From Camelus dromedarius (taxonomy: Eukaryota), in contig NC_087436.1 in assembly GCF_036321535.1 (NCBI RefSeq), positions 63,490,001 through 63,554,000 on the forward strand: a stretch of 64,000 bases of DNA, read 5' to 3'. Made by a program: the position numbers and the translations under genes. The notes beneath the pieces were generated by a model. The model saw only the letters and a program-made list of their open reading frames with translations, had not been told where the DNA came from and made no database searches. Of this stretch, positions 13,807-27,189 are shown in pieces (the first letter of the stretch is position 1; every line of letters starts with the position of its first letter).

Positions 13807-14194
13807 AATAACGTTTAAATTTATTTTTATTTAAAATTTTTTTCAGTGATTACTTAATTAGTCCTCTTGGTTTCCCACTTGGCAATCTAAAAATTATAAG
13901 CCTAAACAGTGTGCTTGCTCTTTTGTCTGTACTTTTCTTTGTTCCCAATATGTCATTATAATTCCAACCAAACTGATATTCCCACTACACTTTAAATTCC
14001 TTATAAAAATTTTCGTTCCTTTAGGTACACTGTGCTGACTGTTGCTCCAAATCTTGATAATCTCTCCCCCATCTCTTCACATCTCCCCATCTCCTAATGC
14101 TTAAAAGCCCGACACACATTTCGCCCATTTCAAGAACGTTTCCCTAAGCATGCTGTCCTACAGTAATCTGCCTCCCTTCTTGAGGCATTAAAAC

Positions 14195-14460
14195 GTGGTG
14201 GACTTTGATAACAGAACTAGATCCAGGTGTTGATGCTGTCTCTTACCAACATGTGACCTTAGACACATCTCTTAATTTTTCAGTTTTCAAATTCCTTACC
14301 CATTAGCATGAGACAAAATATTTAACTCGCATAGTTTTGTAAAGACTGATTTAACTCCATATGCATGGAAGTTTGTAGGTTTGAGTACACGTGTATATTT
14401 GCATATACATGTATATTCACAATTCCCTGTGTATAGACATAGGAAGTGCTTGATAAATTG
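14195..14460 (+). mobile_element. MIR SINE (degenerate)
   Basis: 'ggactttgataacagaactagatcc...cttaccaacatgtgaccttagac...cagtttt' and 'cataggaagtgcttgataaat'. Confidence 0.45.
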
Positions 14461-15975
14461 TACCTGTGATTGTATCTTAATTCTCATATTTCCCCATTCA
14501 TTTAACCATTGACTGCATGTTTGACAGGTATAATGCCATGTTTATGGATCCTGTCTCAGTTCTCTCCACTTTCTAACTTTATGAATTAGTTCAGTATGTT
14601 ACTTATTTCCAGTCCCTCATAACACCAATACCAAACAGAAAAGTCATGTTTATAAATATCTCTGCTTAAGTGGAATAAAACTTCCACCTCGTCCTTTGCC
14701 TTGAATAATAAAATTTCATACCTGATGACACATTCTGAGCATATATATACCTAGATTGCAGGCTCAGGAAAACTCATAGATAATTTCTGGTCAGAATATT
14801 GACATGATATTGTATAAAAGGATTTAGCTTTGAAGTCATACAAAGCCCCCATTCATTGAATAATTTTGGTCAGGTAACATAAAGTCTCTAAGTATCCATT
14901 TTCTCATCTAAAAAATGGAAGTAATATAACACCATCATCAAATAGAGCCATGAAAACAAATTGAGGTGTAACAGTTGATTTCAAACCATCCTATGAAGCT
15001 ACACTGTGCATAGAATGCTGTCATAAACATTTTTACATAGACCTGAAGAAAATATGATGCGTTTTCATTTGCAGGCCTTTGTAGGTAGATGTGGATGACT
15101 GTGATCTAAAATTTGTAAGAATATAGCATATCTTATAGAAGGACACAGGCTTTTAGAACTGAGAAGGAAGGAAGGGGATGGCACAAGGTCCTGGAGGTCA
15201 CAAGATGTTGGATGAAATCAATAGAAAATAGATAAGTAAGTATGAAGATGGATGTGAATGATTACATTTAGGTGAATAAACTAGGATTAGAGAAGACTGA
15301 AGCGTAACACTCTGAGGTCATTTACTTAGTGGTGGGCATTTAGGCCCCAGACAATCAATGAAGCCTTCTGTTTCAGGAATACCTGGAAGGATTTTTACGT
15401 GGGCAGAGAACCTTAAGGAAAGTATCTTGCAGGTACACAGCTATGCAAATATGGTAACAATTTTCCTAAGGCTAGGAACATGGAAGCTTAATTTATTGAC
15501 CTAGGAAATAATGTATCATTTTGTGTTTTAGCCGTATAAGCTGAATATGTTATTTGTGCAGAGTATTTATGTATTAAGCATACTAGAATTCCCAAAAGTA
15601 ACATTTATGAAACAAAAGGTAAATCTTTAAGTTCTAATCATGTGGCCTCTGGACTCAAAGCAGTATGGAGATTCAGATCAGGTCCTCAAATCTGAAGCAG
15701 TGGCTACTATGTGACATTTATTTTAAGAAAGCAATAAGGAAAATTTGGTAGAAAATAAAGCATGAAACCCAGAACTATTTTATCATGGATGAGTTTTGAT
15801 ACTCATCACCAAATAAATGTCAAATACTATTTTTTACCTGGAAAGAAAAAAAATTAAAAACACCTATGTATTTTAAACAGAAAATTTTATATTAATCCAC
15901 CATTCTATTTTTAAATGTATTCAAAACTATTGTATAATTTACTAAAACTACATTTTAACAGCTCCACCTGTGTTT

Positions 15976-15981
15976 GTTTTG

Positions 15982-16010
<29 letters not shown>
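15976..16010. repeat. (GTTTT)n simple repeat
   Basis: Directly visible pentamer array. Confidence 0.95.
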
Positions 16011-16012
<2 letters not shown>

Positions 16013-16455
16013 GTCTTTGTCCCTATGTCATGGATCTTCTATTAAAGTAGACTGAATAGCTTGACTTTTATTATGATGACTCTAAGTGAAATAATCCAAG
16101 CATGGTAACCAGAAACTCCTCCAAATAAAAGGCTGTTGTGAAATGTGTATATGAAATAGACACTATGATTCATCAAAGTTTTCTGGTTTTGGTTAGAAAA
16201 TTTCCATGATTGCATAAAAAGTCTGGAAAAACTGCTTAAACATTAAAGCAAGGAACCAGCTGACCAAACTCACAAATAGCTTAGAAGATAGCAAGGAATA
16301 ATAAAACTAAGTCAACATTTGACAAAGAGAAATGTGGCCGTGTGTGGCCAATGTAGATAGGGTTCTGGAAAATCCTCATGTAAATGTTTTAAGTAAAAAT
16401 TTAAACTGAGGTTGATTGAAAAGTTATTTTGGAAAATGTATTGATCTCTTTTTAG

Positions 16456-16536
16456 GCGTTAAAGTATCATCCAAATAAGAACTATACAGAAATCACTCAA
16501 AAGTTAAATAAAAGACATCAAAATGGGGAGGAAGTG
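16456..16536 (+). other. Speculative 81-nt exon-like segment (ALKYHPNKNYTEITQKLNKRHQNGEEV)
   Basis: Acceptor 'tctctttttAG', donor 'GTG|GTATGT', open frame, length divisible by 3. No partner exons found. Confidence 0.15.
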
Positions 16537-18639
16537 GTATGTTGCAATTTATTCTAGAAAAAATCAGAAGAAAATGTAGACACTAAAATATTGAGATCAT
16601 ATTTTATCAGCAATACCAAATACTTAGAGTATTGGCATACATTGAATGTATGCAGTGTAATATTGGTAAATTATTTTATTACACATAACTAGTTCTACCT
16701 AAGATATATGTCAAATATTTAAAAACAGTATATCTCCTTTTCACACAGAAGAATACTAAGTGTAATATTGCCCAGTGATCCTGTCCTACACTGCTATAAA
16801 CTTCATTTTCCTGGACACTGTATCCAAATTATGTTATTAGTAGTATAAAAATAGGTGATTTTTCTTTCTAGAACATAATCAATCTAATTATCTTCCATAA
16901 TATATCAATAATAGCCTATGTGAAAATTAAGATAATAATTTGCCCTTTGCATCAATAATACATAGAAATATAATGGCCAAAGTGTGAGAACAATGTGGAC
17001 AGATTCAAGTATTTAAATTCCAAACAGTCTTGGTTAGGATTCTCAAAGCCGTATCTCAGAACAAAAAACTATTTAAAAATAACTCAGTCAGCACAATATG
17101 GGAAAAATTATAACCAGCTTTATCAATCAGTTAAATTTAAAACATAAGCTAATTACAGATGCTTATAGGAAAACATTAAAAATAGAAACTGAATTACCAT
17201 TCCTTCCTTGCCAGAGGATACAACTGTTTGCTAGTCTGGGACGCTAGCTAGCTCTATATCTCAACCCATTTTTTTTCCCTATCTTTGGCTTGATTGATTA
17301 TTCTTTCATTTAATGTTATAGGGTGCATTGCAGGATCAAACAGATTTCCATGGCAAGTATCACCATTTCCCATTGTTACTACCATTAATCTGACTTTTTT
17401 AGATTCAGCAACATTGGTTTGTCCTCTGATTTCAGCAGCCATTTTTTTCCTCTCCTCTTTTCTGCCATGCCTTTTTTCTTACCTGATTTCCTTCAAACTC
17501 ATCTGTTAGCACTTTATCTCTTGTTCTCTCTTTCTGATGCTACTTCCCTCCCTGCCCACACTTCCTTTCCCCACATCCCTTTTATATTACAAGAACTCTG
17601 TGTTTTGGGCAAAAATTTTTTCAGATGCTTCCCTTCCCTTGGTGGAAGGGGCTATATACCCTTCAGGAAATCTCTAACACAGAACTTTGAGAAGAAAAAT
17701 TGGCCATAACCACCAGGAGGGCAATTCTTGCTAAGAATCAAAGCAAATCTTCTGTACTATTTTCGGTTTCTTCAGTTTAAGGAAACTCCCAATTGAATAA
17801 TAGCCATATATGATATGTGGCAGCTCCAAGGAATGGCAGAAATTGCATGCAGTGTATTAGAGGCATGGCAATTGTTCTTTTTTATTTTCCTCTTTAGTCT
17901 ATTCCTACCTTTGGTTTCTTTGACGTTCCCTTTGACAACAAGCTTTAGGAATGCATTAACACAGGATCACGTACCCTATTTAATCCATGGGAAGACGTGA
18001 GAATGCAGAAGACAGTAGGGAGGAGAAAGGAAATGGTGATAAAGTTAACCTCTTGGCAGGGCTGGCATTCTCCTCAGTGGTACAGATGTGGTTGGTGTTT
18101 ACTGAAATCTTCGCATCTCAGGAACACCTTCCTGGCTGCACAGTAGATTCTTGGATAAACTGAAAAGTGAGCATAATTTAGAATCCCCATTAGGAAGACT
18201 CCATATAGAGAACTGAGAATGAATAAAGGTATCAACAGGATAAAAGCAGATAAAACAATGAAAGAGATAAATATGGCCAACTATTCCAGTTGTTTTCCTA
18301 AGAATGAACTATTCCCTGATTACTAACATCATATCTTGTGAGGATGACACAGGGAGAGGTAACTGCTTATTTGTAAATAAGATTTTTTTGTGTGTCTCAT
18401 AGAAAAAGAGTAGGTAAATATAACAGTTCAGGACTTGAAAAAAATGTTTATGTATTATTGGAAAGAAAAATGGGAAATGGTCTTAGCTCTGGTTCATCAA
18501 CTTACTAATGCATGAGCTTAGAAAAGCCATTTAGCTCCAGACATCTCAAGTCTTCAAATATAAAATAGTGTATTTAATCTCAAATTCTACATTTGTAGAA
18601 GAGCCTCATTGAGCATATTTAATAATTATAATTCATTAT

Positions 18640-18860
18640 TTATCAACATATTTTGTTCCAGGCACTATGCTAACATTTGCATATATCATTGCACTTAATA
18701 GTCATACAACCTAACAGTGTTACAGGTGCTATAAATTATTTCCATTTTACATATAAAGAAATAGAGGAACCAAATAACTTGACCAATATCATGTATCTTA
18801 TAGGTGATAGTGCTAATATTTAAAATCTTAGTCCAAAGGCCAGAATTGTAACTATTAGAT
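18640..18860 (-). mobile_element. MIR SINE
   Basis: 'ttttgttccaggcactatgctaac...catacaacc...tccattttacatataaagaaatagagg...aacttgaccaatatca'. Confidence 0.6.
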
Positions 18861-19351
18861 TATATATTTCATACTATGCTTGTCTTTTCCTCATCAAAGT
18901 TTTTTTTTTCAAAAAGCAAGACTCTCTTGGCAATCAAATTTCCTGCTGTATTATATGCATGCAACTAGATGGTTTAACTACACTTTGGAGATCAATTTGG
19001 CTTTCAGAAAAGCTATTAAATAATTATCTCAGTTGAAATTATATTTGTGTTTTTTATACATTACCTGATGGAATTATGTTTATAAGGATGCAAGAATACA
19101 CTGAAGTGGCTCCACCTTTTTTTTTGCTACCATGACGCTAGACTCTGAGTGGGACAGGAAGAAGAGCTAAGATGGACAGAAAGAAATTAGATCTTAATGG
19201 TACTGCATGAGCACCTACACCAGGTTGCGTCCGAGGCCAGATCTTCCCCTAGATATTTCAGTCACATAAACCAGGTCATTTTGGTGTCCTGCAACTTGAA
19301 GCAGAAATGGTGATGGCTGACATTGTCCCTCCGGGTTACAAACAGTAGGTA

Positions 19352-19734
19352 CATAATAGTCCCAAACTGAAAACTGCGCAAGTATTCATCAGTAGGGCAG
19401 TGGATAAACAAATTAGTCAATTCCACATGATGGAATTGATATATATATAATATTCATGAACATTAAATACTTTGTTACATGAAAGAAGCCAGACAGAAAT
19501 GAGAAAATGCTGTAACAATCTGCTTATATAAAAAATCAGAAAGTGGCAGCTCTCAGAAGTAGAAAGGGAACTGATTTGAAAAGGACATGAAGGAATGGTT
19601 TTGATCAATGGGAAATTTTATACATTGTTTTGTGTGGTAGTTTTATGGGAATATTCAATTCTCAAAGCTGATTAAATTACTCACTTTAAGAGTTATGCAT
19701 TTTATTGTATATTAATCATACTTTAATTTCAAAA
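19352..19734 (+). mobile_element. L1ME-type 3' fragment
   Basis: 'cataatagtcccaaactgaaaact...gtggataaacaaatt...tgaaagaagccagaca...ttatgcattttattgtat'. Confidence 0.7.
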
Positions 19735-19776
19735 GGTGATATTGTATTCTTCTGTTTATATCAGTAATATGTATAT

Positions 19777-19965
19777 CTGCTATCCAATATAGTAGCTATT
19801 AGCCACATGTGGCTATATAACTTAAATTAAATTAACAATTCATTTCCTTATCTGAACTAGCCATATTTCATGTGCTCAGTAAGCACATACAGCTAGTGGC
19901 TACTGCATTGGTCAGTGCATATATAAAACATTCCTATCACTGCAGTGTTCCACTGGGCAGTGTTA
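19777..19965. mobile_element. MER3-like hAT-Charlie MITE
   Basis: 'gctatccaatatagtagctattagccacatgtggcta...ctagccatatttcatgtgctcagtaagcacat..gctagtggctactgcattgg...aacattcctatcactgcag'. Confidence 0.75.
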
Positions 19966-22900
19966 ATCTAGTAGAATGACACATACTCAGTGTTTGAGCA
20001 ATAACCACTCCCTGGTGGTGACTGATTAAGTCGATTACACTGATCCTTCTGACTACCCTTTTATTTCTTTGCTCTTTTATTAACAAATTTCCCATTATGT
20101 TTACAAGTCTATCATCCTTCATTTTATTCTTAGATCAATTCAGTTTGACATACTCTCTTCAGAAAAGGTAATCACAAAAGTTACTAGCGGACAATTGATC
20201 ACAAAATCCAGCCAGCCTTTCTTAGACTCATTCTACTGGTCATTTTAGCATCCTTTAATACTCATCACTCACTTCCTTAGTTATCTGTAATTCATAGCAC
20301 CTACATTTCCTCCTATCTCTCTGTTTCTCCTTCTTTGTTAGTCTTCCTGCTTTAGCCTTATCCAGACATTATTAGAATTCTCCAACACTCAATATTATTC
20401 CAGATAACTTTTCTAAACATGCAGTAATTGTCTCAGTGAAACCATTACCCAGAATCATGAACAACTAAAGTAGATCCTCCAGAACTGCCCTCCCTGATAC
20501 ACTGATGAGGTACCCAGATGATGATCATACCCTACATCCCTGCTCCAACCAAAGCCTTGAGTTTAAAGCAGGGGAACTCTTCTACTCTCAACTTACAATT
20601 AGCACACGCCTGTAGTGACTGATGACTCTCTTATCCAAATCGGTACTTGAGTTCTAGCTCCACCTCTTCAACTGGACATTTTTTTCTGCTTTAACTAAAC
20701 AGTGCCCTTTGAAACAGGCCATGTCCTAAAGCAACTTTATAATCTTTTGCTAAATAAATCTCCATATGGCTTCCCTATTTTTCTGTCTCCTTAATATTTT
20801 ATTCCTGTCTATTTATCAGTAATAATCTTTTGTACCCTCTTCTGTGATGTCTGTCTTGACCGCTTTGATCAACAGTATTCTTTCCACTCCCAATAATAGA
20901 ACTAGTTTTGGAACAACACATGGCCATTGAATTATATCATGTCTTGATTTGTAATTAAATGTTATTGTGTGACTTCCAGTAAAACAATGTATCTAAATGA
21001 GCAGCTACCTGAATTATAATACGTACCGAAAATGTTAGTTGTCATTATTATGCATATATCCTGCCTTGAAACCTAGACAATAGGCCCTTATTAATAGAAA
21101 AATGTATCTGATAATTTTAATGTACACCCAACAGTGCCTTAACTGTTTTTTATGCATATTATTTACCTGTACAGCATATATTGATTAAAGATAATGCTTT
21201 GTCCTACACATATCAGTAATCAGTAAATTTCAAAGATTTTAATTACAACATATGCAAATAATTTGAATGCGACTAGGAACAATAGAGAAATCTGCTAGAT
21301 GAAAGAGGAATGCAAAGGATATCAGCCCTGAATTTCTTAACATCAATGCCTGTTGTTTATTTGATGTTGAACTCCTATGTAAACAATATTTAAAAGAAAA
21401 CATGAGGGCTCATTGTCAAATCAAGCATACTGTCTTGAAACAATGAGCTAGGACACAGTGATACAAGTTGCAGCTCGTCCTGCATGCCAACTGCTCCAAG
21501 CAGCCTTCTCTCTCCCCTTTGGCAGATGGCACTTGTTATGATTGCTCTCAAATGAGAGAGTGGTTTGAAGCAGGCTTGTATTTACAGTTATGGCTCTCAC
21601 AGAAGGAGGTTTACTAGGGTTCTAGAGCTAATTAGCTCTGTCCACATCTCAATATTTTTGGCCTTCTAGCCCACAACCATTTTGGCAATAATGAAGAGAG
21701 GACAGCCTAGGAAAAAGGGAAAAACTGAGGATATAAACAAGACTCTTAGGACTGTTACTCTTTTTCAAGATACTACTTTAAAAGAATAATCTTAAAAGCA
21801 TTACTATGGTTACAAAAACTCATGGGACATAAGACAGTTGAAGATCCAGGGAGCCCTGAATATTTCTACAGAAGAAAAAAAGACGTAGAATTCTGGTTTC
21901 AAACCAATGCTTGTCTGTTATTCTAACACAGCCACAGTAGGCAGGACTTTTGAGGTGATGTATACCCATCAACGGTGTCTTAAGCACAGAAAGATGGAGT
22001 TCGGTGGGGAAAGATTTGACTGATGTTGTATCTGACTGAAGAACACATTTTTTTCCTTCTTTTTTTTTTTAAAGAGAAAGGATATACCAAGACATATTGT
22101 TATTGTAAAATCCTGAGAGTGTGAGGACAGGGAAAATAAGTGGAGACTGACTTAAGTTTTACAAGTGGGAGCAGAATTCCTGAGCAAAGTGAAGCTGGTA
22201 AGCCAATCACCATCTATCTCCATACAGAGCAAAATTCAATCTAAGACAAAAGTATATTAAAAAGTAAGTTGCTACATGTCATTGATTTTTAATAGTGTCA
22301 TATAAATAAAATTTCCATAATCAAGATGCAGTAGACATATCCTCTGGCAGTCTCACAAAAAGAAAAGAGTCTCCATCAAGCTATTTATATCAGTAACAGC
22401 ATGGAACTTGGCCTTCTGCAGCTCAATATTCCTTTGTCTCTTTCTGCATTTACTAGACTGTGTTATGTACCTTCAGTGCTAACCCTCAAAATAGAGTGTC
22501 TTCATACTTAATTATTGTTCTTTTTTGATTCCCACTCACTACTAAGGAGAGGACACTTTAAAACAAAGTCATTGTAATGAACATATTCTGTCTTGAAACA
22601 GGTTTACATTTTCTCTTAGAATCTTTTTGAACTAAAGTGCTCTGCAGTGTATCCAACCAGTAATGTCCTCCTTCCTTTTCCCCTCCTGTTCTCTTTTGAT
22701 GTCACTATGAAACATTTTGTTTCTGGAAACATAGGTAGCCCTTGATACTGTACTCTGAATGTTTGGATATTCTTCTGTTTATTAGTTTTCTAGTAAAAAT
22801 CTTCTCATTAAGAAGGTAACAATGTGAGATAGAAAAACAGGTGGTGTTCAATCATTTGTTCACTATTACTCACTCTATTATTTAAATACCATGAATGCAG

Positions 22901-25004
22901 GTAATAGCTTCCACCAGGCAAGCAGAATTTTGAAATGTGTAAATCAAAGAAGCTTTCTTTACAGAAAGAAAATGACAGTAAGTAGGAGAAAGTAATTTTA
23001 TCCGAATAGTCATCAGTATGCTAGCTCTACTTTAAAAGGACTTTAGCAATATAGGGAACTGAAAATCCTATTTTTGTAGAACAAAAATTTACCTCTTGAG
23101 TTCTTAGTAATTTTCTTAAGACTGTTACCTACCAGTCTTTAGCCTAGTCTACAGATACCCCAGTATTCTTGCAATATTCCTAAGTTATAAAGAAATGTTC
23201 CAAATAAGAACAGGGAAATGTTTAGGAATGTAAGAAATTACAAAAGAAGTACAAACATTCCCAATGAGGTGTATATTTGGAAAACAAATTTTAAAAAATT
23301 ATAGTTTTGGTCAGGAGAATGCCATATCTGGACCATTGATAAAACTAGGCAGATTTAAGCTTTGGAAATTAACAAAGTGTTATCTAAAAAATTATTTCTA
23401 AAACTTATAAAACAGTAAACTGTCAGCATGAATTTAAAAAGCTCTAACATAAATAATAGATAAAATCTATTACTGAGACAGTCATCAGACTAGGATCTGT
23501 AAGACTCAATCAGCATTCCAAGCCAAGAAATTCCTGAAGCTATATTCTGTTTAACTTGGAATATTGTCATATACCACTAATTTTTAAATTAACTATTCTC
23601 ATATAGGGGATTGGTGGTGTTTTAAATTTTAAAGATACCACTTATTAACATTTGGATTCAGCAATTTACTATTAATTTAGCAACGAATTTGATGTAATAT
23701 TTTTAATCTTGTTCTATAATTTTAAATGCTATGTGCCAATAGTCAAAAAGACTATAATTATAGATTAACCAAATACATCAAACCATAATTATACAGTTTA
23801 ATCCAGTTCCAAAATATGTACAATTTTATAGTAAGTGCTTTAAAGCACTGAGGAAGAAGCCAGGATAGTGCTTCCTACTTTCTAAAATGTTAACTTCTAT
23901 GTGTTTTTATATATAAATAAATGCAATAGGAAATTGACTATTGAATTGCAATGATAATTTCATAAGATACTATCCACTTGATATAAAGATCATATTGTAT
24001 CATTACTATGAGATTTATTGAGAAATAACAAAGATAAGTGTTTAAATATTTTGGATATCTTAACAAATGTATATATGCCATAAAAATTAATTGAATAATC
24101 TATTTAAATAAGACACTGGAAGGGATTTTTCTGAAGTAGTTAGTGAAACTTTTTTTTTCCTGTAAAATGAAAGTCATAGACTATAGTTTTCCTAAGTTCT
24201 CTTCCTATCTGGAAACCTTTGATTCTATGCCTCTACCTTCTATGCATCTATATGTCAGTCAGATATCAAGCTAAGGGAAACATAGGTCAATTTTCTGCAT
24301 ATGAAGCCTTCAAAGTAGCCAGTGGAAAATTTGGGGTCTACAAATGGTCTACCGTGAGAACAGGATGTATAGTTAGTTAAGGGTTCAGAACCCAAATGTT
24401 TCAATCTCACTCTGATTTTGGTTGGAAAAGCCTCTAAAATATTAGGTTTTAGGGTAACTATGGCACATTTTATTCAGTTCACATAATGAGGGAAAAGTAA
24501 AGCCATGCGCTTCTAAGAAGATAATGTATATAGGTCTCAGAGAGTGTAGGATGATCTTACAGTAAAGAGAAATGGTCCCAAAAAGGGTAAAGCTACACAC
24601 TTTCCAATTTAAGAAGGAAATACAAAAAAAAAACCAAGCAAATTATCCATTTCCTCTGAGCATACTTTGTTCTATATTCACTCCTAGGAATAAGGACAGG
24701 AAAACTGCAAAGTCAGCATCTATAACATTTCCATATTTAGACACCCTACCTCCACCCCTACACACCTTAGGACAATTCTGCACTGTCCTTATTCCATATT
24801 GAGAAGCCTTCTGAAAAGTAGGCATTTGTGTATCCTCTTGGCTAAGATTGGTGGCAGAACAAAGCAAAACAGACTAGTAGAATCTGGTTGCCTCTTTGCT
24901 CCAGAAATGTGACTTGGCTGTTGTGGCAGAGGGACTGGGGACCCGTGGCAGGAGTAGATGCAACTTGCTGGGTTGCATCTGCACGGAGTCTTTTATGTAT
25001 TCTA

Positions 25005-25170
25005 TTTAATTTAGTCTCTGCACAACACTGTGCGTTAGGTATTAATCTCATTTTGAAAGTGAGAAAAGTTGAAGTTCAGAGACATTAAGAAACTTGCTAA
25101 AGATTATAGAGCCAGGAAGTGCAGTTCTTACGCTGAACATTGGATACGTCTGATGCCCCAGAGTTCTTGG
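25005..25170 (-). mobile_element. MIR SINE
   Basis: 'taggtattaatctcattttgaaagtgagaaaagttgaagttcagagacattaagaaacttgctaaag'. Confidence 0.6.
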
Positions 25171-25671
25171 CTTTCTACGATACTGTGACAAATGAAGAGA
25201 CAGCCCAAGAACATTGGGTTTTTAGCATGAAAGAGGATAAGAAATATAGTTGTAAACTTTCCACACTGGCCATTATGAGAAAGAAAGAGTTATATAATTT
25301 TTAATAGCTAGAGATTAGTTAATATCAAAATAGTATGATTATCCTAATGATAAATAAGTCCTAACTAATTAAAAGTCTGTATCTATAAATTTATATCTAT
25401 AAGTAGTTCATGCAGATACCTGAATATAAGTTTATATAGAAAAAAGTATTTGTGCAGATAATTGTATTACATACATATTTTAGAGTAAACAGGTGACAGC
25501 AAATTTTAATTTATCATTGGGATAAATTATGTAAGTTTTCATAATAAAAAATATGAAATACTTAAGAATAACATAAATACAGAGTAAAACAAACAAGACC
25601 AGCTTTTGGTTGTATTTCTTCTCAAAAGTTTTATTCCATGCACCAATGCATTTATAAAGCTCTTCAGCCAG

Positions 25672-25915
25672 ATAGTAGCAGAGTGGTTAAGAACATAGTC
25701 GCCTGAATTAAATGCCTTGGGTTTAAGTCCTGACTTTCCTATTAAAGTTGTATGACCTCTTGCAATGTACTGATTCTTTCTATACCTTTATTTCTTCATT
25801 ATTGAAATGGCACCAACCACATAGATTAGATTAAATAGTGCAATTAATTTACATTAAATAATTACATGTAATATGCCTTGTGCATAGTAACTTTTCAGTA
25901 AACGTCAGCTGGATA
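25672..25915 (+). mobile_element. MIR SINE
   Basis: 'tagcagagtggttaagaacat...tgccttgggtttaagtcctgact...tgtatgacct...gcatagtaacttttcagtaaacg'. Confidence 0.65.
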
Positions 25916-26621
25916 TCATTGTTATAGCCACATAAAATGCAGCATTGTGTATTTTAAAAAATTGTATATATTATTCATTTGGACTTTTCTGTTATTCCAT
26001 ACTCTTTATTAAACTTATCAAAGTCCTTAGTTTTCATACTAGTATGTCAGAAAAATGTTTTAATTACTTTAATTCACCTTTAAAAGCTGATTTGGAGGTT
26101 ATCAATATTTTAATATGGTTGTAAGAATCAGTTACTCAGATACTATGTATGCAAGGAAGGTCACTGAAAACTAAATGGAAGGTGAAAGGAATTAAGACAG
26201 ATGACCCACTGCTAAGCAGGTGTTATATAAACATTATTAAAAGGACAAGAAATAAATCACCACAGATATATAAAGTCAAAAAATTGCCTCTTAAAATGAG
26301 AATAATTTTAGTTTTAAAGGAAAGTGTGCACAGATGAGAACCACCATGGTAGCTTCACTTTCCTAAATATGATAAGAAAAACATGTACACACTTTTCTTT
26401 AAACTTTTTGCATTAAAATTTTTATCTCAGCATAAATGTTAGTTTAAATATTACAATGTTTTAAACAAATGCTCAAAGTGGAGATATTTTTCTTTCTTGT
26501 TAAAGTATTTCCTTTGGTTGCTGCAAGCTTAATATCTAACTTGTTCCTCATATTCAAATATATTACACTTCTTAAAAATGTTAAACCACACCCATAGGAA
26601 AAGTTTTAAACTCCCTCTAGA

Positions 26622-26806
26622 AGAGGTTTTCTCAGCCACAGCACTAAAGACACTGGGGCTGAGTGATCGTTTTGTGCAGGACATCTAGTGCATGGTAGGC
26701 TGTTTACCATCCCTGATCTCTACTCACTAGATATACAGCACCCTTAGCTGTGACAACCTAAGTTATCTCCAGACATTGTCAAGTGTCCCTGGTTGAGAAT
26801 CACTCT
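26622..26806. mobile_element. MER20 hAT-Charlie MITE
   Basis: 'ttttctcagccacagcact...catccctgatctctactcactagat...tgtgacaacctaagttatctccagacattgtcaagtgtccctggttgagaatcact'. Confidence 0.8.
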
Positions 26807-27189
26807 TGTGATTCTAGATTTACTCAGGGCCTGAGTAAAGAATCCTCATTAACTGTGGTGGATTAAATACCCACATTTTCCTCCATTCCTTCATTAAACC
26901 TCATTAAAATGACATGAGAAGATTAATAAGGGGGGAAAAAAAAGTAAGATTGGTTAAAGATCTTTGCATGAAACAGTCTCCCAGATCAAGTTTCATAAAC
27001 CTCCAGGAGAATGGAGTTTATTCTAAAGAGATTGAACCCTGGAAAGTCTGGACTGAAGAACACCAAGAAGAACTGAGTGCAGGAGTCCGAGACTTGGAGG
27101 AGAGAGATGAAATTCAAGGCTAGCTACTCAGCTGTATCTGGTTGCCAATTCCATGATATCCTGGGAATGCTGATATATGAGTTTAGATC

